From positions 1,728,001 through 1,792,000 of the forward strand of contig OZ244044.1 in the NCBI GenBank assembly GCA_965215275.1: a stretch of DNA of 64,000 bases. The letters run 5' to 3'. Below, in pieces: positions 1 through 9,014 of the stretch. A program made the translations under genes and the position numbers. The stretch is from Thermodesulfobacteriota bacterium. Lineage in GTDB: Bacteria > Desulfobacterota_D > UBA1144 > Nemesobacterales > JAJCZQ01. Below the pieces are notes generated by a model that was not told where the DNA came from, did not search any database, and saw only the letters and a list, made by a program, of their open reading frames with translations. The first letter of the stretch is position 1, and the number at the start of each line of letters is the position of its first letter.

Positions 1-32
1 ATTGCAGGAAAGGAAAGAAAAAGAAATTACAC

Positions 33-62
33 TTGACATTCGTTCATAATACGAAGTAAAAT
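33..62 (+). promoter_or_regulatory. sigma70-type promoter of S8-like adhesin copy 1
   Basis: TTGACA (33-38), 18-bp spacer, TAAAAT (57-62); same elements and spacing upstream of copies 2 and 3. Confidence 0.7.
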
Positions 63-71
63 ATCAGTGTT

Positions 72-170
72 ATGAAAAATTTCATGAAAAGTTCAAACAT
101 AAAAACACGTAGTTCCATTACCCCCCCCCGTGTATACCTGACCTTTCAGCCTGGTATAAGTGTTTTTTAA
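72..170 (+). CDS. leader uORF (32 aa, MKNFMKSSNIKTRSSITPPRVYLTFQPGISVF) containing C9 tract
   Basis: ATG 9 nt after -10 box; homologous uORF in all three copies with only in-frame indels; stops 5 nt before second ATG (176). Confidence 0.55.
   Translation: MKNFMKSSNIKTRSSITPPRVYLTFQPGISVF
121..129 (+). repeat. poly-C tract 1 (C9), copy 1
   Basis: CATTA-C9-GTGTATACC context, identical length in the three copies. Confidence 0.9.
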
Positions 171-175
171 GAACA

Positions 176-3100
176 ATGTTTAAGATAATCCCCCCCCCCA
201 TCTAAGTTAATCCTTTCTTTATTCTTATTTTTTCTGTGCATCATTACTATAGCTGCAAAAGGGCAGAGCAGCTTAGAAGAAACATTATCTGAATGCAGAG
301 ATATCAGTGCAGACACGGAAGATCCGTTATACGGATGTCAGTGGCATCTGAAGAACACGGGGCAGCTTATTTATTCAGGAAAGAGAATAACATCAGGAGA
401 AGATATAAACGTAGAGGGAGTGTGGAACGAAGACGTATACGGTACCGGAATTAACATAGCAATAGTAAGTGACGGTATCGACCTTTCACATGAGGACCTT
501 TCTGCTAAGGTCCGTTCCGGACCGAACTATGATCTTTCTGAAAGAAATAATTCTGAAGAGAACAGTTCAGAAAAAGATAATTCAGAAAGAGATGATCTTT
601 CATACGGTTCATCCTTTAGTGGAACACGAGCGGCAGGTGTAATAGCAGCAACTGGATATAACGGACTGGGAGTAAGAGGAACAGCACCTGGTGCGAGTAT
701 ATACAGTTACGGGTTAACTGGTGATCTCAGGGAAGCGGACGCGGTGGTCCGTAATAAGGAAATAACGGCAGTATCGGTTAACGGCCGGGGATCTGAGGAC
801 GGAGCTTTTTTTCAGGAGGCTTCATCTTCCTGGGAAGAAGGATTGGAACTTGGAATAAGTAAAGGGTTTTATGGTAAAGGAGTGTTTTACGTCCGGGGAG
901 CAGGGGACGGGCATGAGAGCGGAGATCAGGCTAATTTTAATGAATATTCCAGCTATTACGGAGTAACGGCCGTTTGTTCAACTGACGGTTTTGGAAAAAA
1001 GAGTATTTTTTCAGAAGAGGGAGTAAATCTATGGGTATGTGCACCTGGTTCTGATATCGTGACCACGGATAACGGTGGTGGCTACACCGTAACTTCCGGA
1101 ACGTTCCTGTCAGCTTCACAGGTTGCAGGAGTGGCAGCACTGCTGAGAGAGATAAACGGGCAGCTGAGCTGGAGGGATATAAAGCTTATACTTGCGGGTT
1201 CAGCACGGCAGAACGATTTTTTTGACATGAGCTGGGAGACCGGAGCTGTTAAATACGGTTCTGACGTGGAAAGATATAAATATAGTCCCAGGTATGGTTT
1301 TGGCGTGGTAGACGCGGAAGCAGCCGCAGAACTTGCCAGAAACTGGAAAGGCGTTGGAGAGATGAGGACCGTTACAGCTTCTTCAGATAATGAACTGACG
1401 ATCCCTGATGGAGAAGAAAATGGAGATGGAGAAGCGGACGGGGTACTTACCTCCGGACTTGTGATACCGGACCTGGAGGAAATATTTACGGAATTCGTTG
1501 AGGTAGAACTTGTTTTTTCTCATGACCGCTTACAGGACCTCAATATACAGATAACCTCTCCTTCCGGGACAGTATCGGAACTTGTAAGGGAGTTTTCAGG
1601 GGAGGAAGAAGGCGCTGAGATCAGTTACCTGAGAAGAACACATCGTTTCGGGTCGGCTAAACACCTCGGAGAAGACCCTTCCGGAGAATGGACCCTTAAA
1701 ATATCCGATACTGCTTCCGGAGATGGAGAAGCAGAAAATTCAGAAAATACCGGGACCTTACACTCATGGAGCATCAGGGTCTACGGGCATGTTTTTTTAT
1801 CAGACCGTGGCAAGGAGATAACTACTAAAATAATAACCTTGCCACTTATTAGTGACAAGGTCTACGAACAAGGTAGACTAGTAAGTGAAGTGATGCCTGA
1901 AGCAACGGGAGGGACCGCTCCATATAATTATAGATTTGCTTTTACTTACCCTCTACCTAATGGATTGGAATTTGATCGTGACACCAGAGTGTTAAGTGGG
2001 GTACCAACTACTGTGGGTGTGACCAGTGTTGTATATGTGGCAACAGATTCAAGTCCCCAGGGTTTTTCCCGCACCCGTCAATTCCATATAACGATAACTG
2101 CTAACCCCGTGCCAACCTTCGGCAGTGAGACGGTAGAGGATCAGACGTGGGTTAATGGCAGCGCAGTAACGTTAACTCTGCCTCAGGCAACTGGAGGGAA
2201 TGGAACTTTAACTTACAGTATAGAACGAACTGGTAGCGGTGAAGAAGGTTTACCTGCTGGATTGGACTTTACCGCAAGCACCAGAGAGATAAGTGGAACG
2301 CTAAACGTTCGTGGACAATTACCTGTAACTGCTACTTATACCTACAAGGTAACTGATGATGACGGAGACACGGATACTCGCACCTTCTCTATTACTATAG
2401 AAGCTGATACAGAGCCGAGCTTTGGAGGTCAGTCAATTCCTGATCAGATATATATTCAAGGGACAACGGCAAACCTTCCAGTAACACTGCCTGCTGCAAC
2501 GGGAGGGAATGGGACTTTAACTTACAGTTTAGTTCCTAAACTGCCGGATGGACTGATATTTACCCCTGCTACCAGAGAGATAACAGGAACACCGACCACT
2601 GCAACGTCTGAGACTGATTACACGTATACGGTTGCTGATCTAGATGGAGATACGGATGAAATAGAGTTCAATATCACGGTAAGAACAGAACCGAACACAA
2701 TGCCGACCTTCGGCAGTGAGAGTATAGATAATAAGGTGTACATTAACGGCATTACAGCAGTAATGGAAACACTTCCTGAAGCAACGTCAGGGAATGCACC
2801 ATTAACTTACAGTTTAACTCCTGCCTTACCTGCCGGATTGGATTTTACCCCTGCTACACAAGTTATAAGCGGAACACCGACTACTGCAACGTCTGAGACT
2901 GATTACACGTATACAGTAACGGACGCAGATAATGATACAGATAAACTGGAGTTCAGCATAACAGTGGAAGAAGACAGCGAACCGGACTTCAGCGTGACGA
3001 CGATAGAAGATCAGGTGTACATGGGGAGATCAATAAGGTTGCCGGTAGCAACGGGAGGGAATGCACCGTTAGTATACAGTATAACGCCTCCCTTACCTCC

Positions 3101-3458
3101 TGGGTTGAGATTGGACAGAAACACCGGGGTAATAAGCGGGACGCCCGCGAGTGCGTCGTCTGAGAGGACCTACACGTACACGGTAACGGACAGGAATGGA
3201 GACATGAAAGAGTTGACCTTCAGGTTCAGTGCAGCGGCTCCGCCACCGACAGGTAGTGATCCAGGCGGAGGTGGAGGAGGATGTGCCGTATCAGATCAGA
3301 GCAGTGTTGCTTATGATATTCTCGGAGTAATGACATGTCTGATGCTTATACCCGTGTCGGTATTGATCAGAAGGAAAAGAAGATCTCAGATTAAGGACAC
3401 ATGTCACGATGGAGTAAGTGCTTGTGGGTGGCCTTTTGATATACTCTGCCGCCTTTAA
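176..3458 (+). CDS. surface protein copy 1: inactive S8 subtilase domain + P-domain + 5 Ig-like repeats + GGGGGGC-TM-basic C-terminal anchor (frameshift in C10)
   Basis: ORF 420..3458 is open upstream to 189; S8 motifs IVSDG/SGT/GTF; P-domain GEWTLKISD..LHSWSI; repeated PEATGG..LTYSL..LP.GL.F...TREISGTP; C-terminal GGGGGGC, hydrophobic helix, RRKRR. Confidence 0.8.
190..199 (+). repeat. poly-C tract 2 (C10), copy 1, frameshifts signal peptide
   Basis: ATG176 reads MFKIIPPPI* with C10; with C9 it reads MFKIIPPPSKLILSLFLFFLCIITIAAKGQ... into the main ORF. Confidence 0.9.
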
Positions 3459-3810
3459 CTAATTTTGTGAAGTCTTGATGTAGAGCCTTATCGTCTGAAA
3501 CCAGTATGTTTACTCCGGTTACTTGTGCCAATGCGATAATATGTTCGTCGTTGGATTTAATAGTTTCCCTTAACCTGTCAGTTTTATCTTGAACTTTGTT
3601 ACTATTCTTTTCTATTTTGAGTTTTCCTGCTCGACTCCATTCTAGTTGTTGTTTTGTATTTATCCTTCCCCATTCTTGTTTGAATTTATCCGTATTGGCA
3701 ATAACAATTTTGCTGTTTTTTTTATCAAGCCATTTTCTGACGGGTGCCATATCCTCGTTATTAGGATTTGTTAATTTACCTAAACAATTGATGTCAAGAA
3801 TAATGCACAT
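3391..3810 (-). CDS. PIN-domain-like protein
   Basis: IILDIN, SNDEHIIALA, ILVSDD acidic pattern typical of PIN ribonucleases; 3 nt downstream of ATPase. Confidence 0.65.
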   Translation of the reverse strand: MCIILDINCLGKLTNPNNEDMAPVRKWLDKKNSKIVIANTDKFKQEWGRINTKQQLEWSRAGKLKIEKNSNKVQDKTDRLRETIKSNDEHIIALAQVTGVNILVSDDKALHQDFTKLVKGGRVYQKATHKHLLHRDMCP

Positions 3811-3813
3811 AGC

Positions 3814-5154
3814 TCAATCTTCGCTATTCCACAGTAACCTGTCCGTTTCTTTTAAGAAAAATTCTCTGTAAGATCCGGGAACTTCTGTTAAGTTACCCTT
3901 TTTGTCAAATTTGATGTTATGCACTTTAACATGTGCTCCTTTTGGTTCTAAATAGATTAGCGAGACGTTTTCGGGAGGGATATTGCCTCTTTGTATTTCA
4001 ATACGGGCACGGTCAATTATATAGTCGCTGTGTGTTTCTATTATAAAAGAATGTTTTTTTGTATTGACCGTATTAACAAATAAGGACATGAGTTCTGCTT
4101 GCCCTCTGGGATGTAAATGCACTTCTGGTTGTTGTAGAAGAAAGAATAAAGGATATTTACTGCTAAATATTCTGACAAGAATTGGCAGTATCTGACTTAC
4201 ACCATAGCCAACGTCCATAATGTTTGATCTTGGTCCCCTTACTTTGACTTGTATTTGAAAAGGGTCACTCATTGATTTACCATGCTTTTTTACTTCTATC
4301 TTATCAAATAACCCCGAATCTTCACCGAATGCGACTAGTTGCTGTTGTAGTCTTTGCCATTCAATATTTTTAGAAGACTTCATCCGCATTAATAACATTG
4401 GAATATCACTGCCTTCAGGATCTTCAAGTTCTTTTATCGGATCATAGGTGCGCTTAGGACGAGAGCGAACAGGAGCAAAACTAAATGGTCTTGAGAAATT
4501 TAACTTTCTAATGGTACTATCTTTTTCTGAAAGGAAACTATGTAGTGCTTTTCCCTCTGAGGATGATTTTATTTTTAACTGCCTGTCAAGGGTAAAAGAA
4601 ATATAATTGAGTACAAACATGGGGTTTATCGAAAAACCCATATTGCAACGGATATGGAATATCTTTTTGTTAATATTCGTTTTTTTAGTATCTACTACAA
4701 AAAATTCTTTTCTATATGCCTGTTGTGACCTGTCTTGAGTAAGGTGGATCTCACCATCATGAAATTTCAGGTTCATACATTCAAGTATTGGTTCGGCACT
4801 CTTTTCTTTTTCAACAATACTGATTGTGAAATCAACTTTTTCGTTGCTCTCAACCTCAAAACGGAAACCTAACTTGAATTTTTCACCTACGGGCCTTGTT
4901 CTTGTTACAATGTCCTTGAAACTCCCCATGGAATATGGTTCAACATTAAAATCCAAATTTAGGTTCCTACTTAAGGCAATGGGATCTGTTAAGGCAATGG
5001 AATCTGCCAAAACCTGAAAACATCCCATCGCAGTGCTTTTTCCCGTGCTGTTTTCTCCTACAAGGAAAGTGATAGGTCTGATATTAAATTCCTGCTGTCC
5101 GGCAAAACAACGGACATCTTCCATTACAAACTTTGTTATGTCTGGTTTTTTCAC
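3814..5154 (-). CDS. ABC-type (AAA_15/AAA_21, DUF3696-like) ATPase
   Basis: Walker A GENSTGKS, signature DVGYGVSQ, LLQQPEVHLHP, ETHS. Confidence 0.8.
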   Translation of the reverse strand: MKKPDITKFVMEDVRCFAGQQEFNIRPITFLVGENSTGKSTAMGCFQVLADSIALTDPIALSRNLNLDFNVEPYSMGSFKDIVTRTRPVGEKFKLGFRFEVESNEKVDFTISIVEKEKSAEPILECMNLKFHDGEIHLTQDRSQQAYRKEFFVVDTKKTNINKKIFHIRCNMGFSINPMFVLNYISFTLDRQLKIKSSSEGKALHSFLSEKDSTIRKLNFSRPFSFAPVRSRPKRTYDPIKELEDPEGSDIPMLLMRMKSSKNIEWQRLQQQLVAFGEDSGLFDKIEVKKHGKSMSDPFQIQVKVRGPRSNIMDVGYGVSQILPILVRIFSSKYPLFFLLQQPEVHLHPRGQAELMSLFVNTVNTKKHSFIIETHSDYIIDRARIEIQRGNIPPENVSLIYLEPKGAHVKVHNIKFDKKGNLTEVPGSYREFFLKETDRLLWNSED

Positions 5155-5181
5155 TTAACTACCACCACACCATATCATTAC

Positions 5182-5454
5182 CAAAGGGAATTATATACTT
5201 TTTACTTGTTTTTGTTTACTAAATTATATAATCCCCAATATTTATTCCTATTTATATTAAAATTTCCGTAGTGAGAGCAATATCTATTATCACCATTTTA
5301 CCCTACTTCTGCTCCTCAAAAGCTTTCTTGCTGATTCCTCATCTGGAAACATTTTAAAGAATTTATAAAATCCGATTTTATAGTGTTGTGTTCTTTTATT
5401 CTCGTCAAATGATCCATTTGAAATCTTGGATAGTAAAGTATATAATTCCCTTTG
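5182..5454. mobile_element. MITE-like relic bounded by IS1595(ISNwi1-type) ends
   Basis: perfect 20-bp inverted repeat CAAAGGGAATTATATACTTT at 5182-5201 and 5435-5454; no target duplication seen. Confidence 0.6.
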
Positions 5455-5562
5455 TTTATGTATATAACTCCCATAAATAACTGGTAAATTGCCTGCATAA
5501 AATAAGGTATAAAATGGATAAAAACCAAACTATACTTATGGTGATGGGGAGCAATAAGACAG

Positions 5563-6792
5563 TTGCCTGATTGGGACTTTGGTGGAGCGGAAAAAGAGCG
5601 TCTTATACACAGGATACACAGCTACCCTGCTAAATTCCCCAGCTTTATAACCACAGAAGCTCTGAAATATGCAAAGAAAAAAGGTATAAACGTAAAGACT
5701 GTTGCAGATGTATTCTGTGGTTGCGGTACTACCGCAGTTGAAGCGAAAAGGAATGGCATAAGATTTTGGGGGTGCGATATAAATCCAGTTGCCGTAATGA
5801 TCTCTCAAGTCAAAACCAGGCGATATAAAGAAGATATGTTGAAAAAATACTTCTTTAATATTGTGGAGAGATTTGATTCAATAAAAATAAGTGAGCAAGA
5901 CACTGAAAATATAAACGACAGAATAAAATATTGGTTTAATGCAAAAACTATAAAAGACCTGTTAAAGTTAAAGAAGGCAATAGAAGAGGAGGTATCTAAT
6001 CGCAGTAAGTATAAAAATTTCTTTCTTTGTGCTTTTTCCAATATTCTGAAACCCACATCCAATTGGTTGACAAAGTCAATAAAACCACAGATAGACCCTG
6101 ATAAGTTACCAAGTAATGTAATAGAAGAGTTTGAGAAGCAGTTCAAGTTCATGGAAAAAGCCAGCGAAGAAAACATTTTTTCTAAGCAGGACACTCCTCA
6201 AATCCAAATAATACGGAGAAACTTCCTCTCAATAAATACCCGTAAATATAAAGCTGACCTGATCATTACAAGTCCACCATACGTTACATCTTATGATTAC
6301 GCGGATATACATCAATTATCAATTTTATGGCTTGGCTTTTATTCCAAATACCAAGACTTGAGAAAAAACATGGTGGGTAATATTTATGGTGTAGCAAAGC
6401 CCTCAAATGAAAAATTACAGTCTTTACCTTCTGTCGGAGAGCAGATATACAAAAAACTTCGTGAAAAACATAAGGCTAAAGCAAATTCCACGGCAAGATA
6501 TTTCATAGATATTAGGGAGGCAACTGAAAATTGCTATAAAATCTTAAACAAGAATGGAATGACAGTATTTGTGATAGGTAACACGAATTATAAGGGCGTG
6601 GAAGTGGACAATGCACAGTTTTTGGGAGACTGTATGGAAAGTGCCGGATTTAAGAAGATTGAAAAAATTCCTCGTAAAATATCATCTAAGACATTAACGC
6701 CTTACAGAGATGCCAAAGGACGTTTTACCAGAGATAAAAACCACAGAAAAGTATACAGTGAAGAATTTATTTTTATAGGCAGGAGGATGTGA
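5563..6792 (+). CDS. amino-DNA methyltransferase (probably m4C, motif I before SPPY)
   Basis: HSYPAKF, DVFCGCGTT (SAM binding), TSPPY (catalytic). Confidence 0.85.
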   Translation: MPDWDFGGAEKERLIHRIHSYPAKFPSFITTEALKYAKKKGINVKTVADVFCGCGTTAVEAKRNGIRFWGCDINPVAVMISQVKTRRYKEDMLKKYFFNIVERFDSIKISEQDTENINDRIKYWFNAKTIKDLLKLKKAIEEEVSNRSKYKNFFLCAFSNILKPTSNWLTKSIKPQIDPDKLPSNVIEEFEKQFKFMEKASEENIFSKQDTPQIQIIRRNFLSINTRKYKADLIITSPPYVTSYDYADIHQLSILWLGFYSKYQDLRKNMVGNIYGVAKPSNEKLQSLPSVGEQIYKKLREKHKAKANSTARYFIDIREATENCYKILNKNGMTVFVIGNTNYKGVEVDNAQFLGDCMESAGFKKIEKIPRKISSKTLTPYRDAKGRFTRDKNHRKVYSEEFIFIGRRM

Positions 6793-9014
6793 TGGACAAA
6801 ATATCCTTTCGTCCCTACGCACGGCTCCTGACAATGTTGGGAGATCAGCTCATCAAAAATGAACGGATCGCCCTCGTGGAAATTATCAAAAACTCCTACG
6901 ATGCAGATGCCGACTGCGTTAAGGTGAGTTTTGAAAATTTCAATGATGATATGTCGACAAATGCAAACTCAAAAATCATCGTTGAAGACAACGGCAGAGG
7001 TATGTCCCAAGAAGAAATATGCAATGCTTGGATGAATCCAGCCACCCCGCAAAAATACAACAGAAAAAAAGAAGGCAAGAGAACAACACCTGAGAAGAAG
7101 CGTGTCATACAAGGCGAAAAAGGGATCGGACGCTTTGCAGTTCTTAAACTGGGAAAGAAGATAACAGTAGCAACCAAGACTAATGGTTCAAACTTTGAAT
7201 CAGTGCTTGACTATGATTTTACAAGATTTGATGACGAATTCACTGAAGAATCAGGGACGGCAAAAGATATTTTTCTAGATGAAATTAAAATAAATTACTC
7301 AGAATCCGACCCTCCCAAGTTAGTAAAAGAACCTCATGGAACTCTGATAGAAATATGTGGACTGAAAGGTTCTTGGAGCGACAAGAGCATTAAAAAACTT
7401 TGTGGAGATATATACAACTTGACAGACCCTATTTCAAAAATTACAGGGAGGAAAAATGACAATTTTGACATACACATCACATGCAACGGTGAGATTAAGC
7501 CAATAGAATATGAAAATGCAGAAGATATTAAAGCACTGATAGAGGACAAGTCTGTACTAAAAATACAAGGAGAATTTAATTCTGACAAGAATGCTTTTAT
7601 CTTTACCGATGATGAAAATGAAAGTCATGAAACGGAAATACAACTGAGCGATACAAAATTAACAGGTTTGTGGATATATAGAGATAGGTATAAAGAAGAA
7701 CAAAACATGGAAGAGGACAAAAAGTATAATTGTGGTAGTTTCAAATTTCACTTTTACATTTTTGACTTTTCACTAGGCATATCCGGGAAATATGAACTTA
7801 ACCGGGAGCAGAGAAAGATGCTTAAAGACCATAGAATTTATCTTTACAGGGATGGCGTGCGAGTTTATCCCTACGGTGACCCTAATGATGATTGGTTAAA
7901 CATAGACATAGCTAGAGGAACGGGAAGAGCGGGAGATTTTTTCAGCAACGATCAGATGATTGGCTGGATAGATATTACCCAGGAATATAACCCAAATTTA
8001 AGAGACAAGACCAATCGAGAAGGTCTTATTGAGAAAGAAAATGCCGTAGAACACTTCATTTTTCTTATATCAGTTTTTTTATCTTACATAAGGCAATATC
8101 CATATTCACGCTACCAGCAAAAAAAGAAAGATAAAAGTGCGGTTGAATTGGCACAGAAGCGATTGATTTTCAAGAATCTGTCTGATTTGAAAAAAAGTCT
8201 TTCCGAACAAGGGCTTAGGTCGGAAGTTGACAAAGTCGGAAAGATAGAAAAAAAGTACAAGAAAGAAAGGGATTACTTGGTTCAACGTGCTGAAACCGTG
8301 GAAGATTTAGCCGGCGTCGGTCTTTCAGTGGAAATGACATCACACGACATAATGCTCATGATGGGTAGGGCTCAAGACACTTCAAAAGTGATAGCAAAAC
8401 TTGCAAGAGACCATTGTAATGAGCAAATTCAAGAGAAAGCCAATATGCTGGTGGGAATTTTGTCTCAGGTAAGCGATGGAATGCAAGACATTCAAGGTCT
8501 ATTCAAATCGGCAAAAAGGCGCAGGAAAAACCTTAAAATTGAACCTATACTGGACAAGATTTTTGACCTCTACAAGGGGTTGCTCGAAAAGAGGAAAATT
8601 CATTACGAGAAAGAAGTTTTATCTGGTTCTCCTCTGATAGCCGACACGACGGATGCTGTTATAATGCAAGTCTTAATAAATCTTTTTGACAACTCTTCAT
8701 ACTGGCTTGATACCGAGACTGAGACCAAGAGCGAAAAACGAAGAAAAATAAAAGTATTGCTAAACGGTAATCAAGGAGAGCTAATCTTTGCCGACAATGG
8801 TCCGGGCATAGACAAAGAGGATATTCCTTATATCTTTGAAGCTTTTTACTCTGGAAAAGGTCAAAAAGGGAGAGGTCTGGGATTGTATATAGCTAGACAA
8901 TTGCTTGAGAGGCATGATTACTCTATTTCTATAGTTGAGCGAGAAAAGAACAAACTGCTGTCTGGAGCTAACTTTATCGTTAGTTTCTTCAAGGAGGGTG
9001 ACAATGGACATTAA
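6789..9014 (+). CDS. GHKL (MORC/HSP90-like) ATPase fused to C-terminal histidine kinase
   Basis: N-term EIIKNSYDADA, DNGRGM, GEKGIGR; C-term H-box TSHDI, N-box NLFDNS, DNGPGI, GRGLGL; no TM segments. Confidence 0.85.
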   Translation: MMDKISFRPYARLLTMLGDQLIKNERIALVEIIKNSYDADADCVKVSFENFNDDMSTNANSKIIVEDNGRGMSQEEICNAWMNPATPQKYNRKKEGKRTTPEKKRVIQGEKGIGRFAVLKLGKKITVATKTNGSNFESVLDYDFTRFDDEFTEESGTAKDIFLDEIKINYSESDPPKLVKEPHGTLIEICGLKGSWSDKSIKKLCGDIYNLTDPISKITGRKNDNFDIHITCNGEIKPIEYENAEDIKALIEDKSVLKIQGEFNSDKNAFIFTDDENESHETEIQLSDTKLTGLWIYRDRYKEEQNMEEDKKYNCGSFKFHFYIFDFSLGISGKYELNREQRKMLKDHRIYLYRDGVRVYPYGDPNDDWLNIDIARGTGRAGDFFSNDQMIGWIDITQEYNPNLRDKTNREGLIEKENAVEHFIFLISVFLSYIRQYPYSRYQQKKKDKSAVELAQKRLIFKNLSDLKKSLSEQGLRSEVDKVGKIEKKYKKERDYLVQRAETVEDLAGVGLSVEMTSHDIMLMMGRAQDTSKVIAKLARDHCNEQIQEKANMLVGILSQVSDGMQDIQGLFKSAKRRRKNLKIEPILDKIFDLYKGLLEKRKIHYEKEVLSGSPLIADTTDAVIMQVLINLFDNSSYWLDTETETKSEKRRKIKVLLNGNQGELIFADNGPGIDKEDIPYIFEAFYSGKGQKGRGLGLYIARQLLERHDYSISIVEREKNKLLSGANFIVSFFKEGDNGH

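Noticed and set aside
420..1320. Active subtilisin/kexin protease annotation
   Set aside because: All catalytic triad positions are substituted
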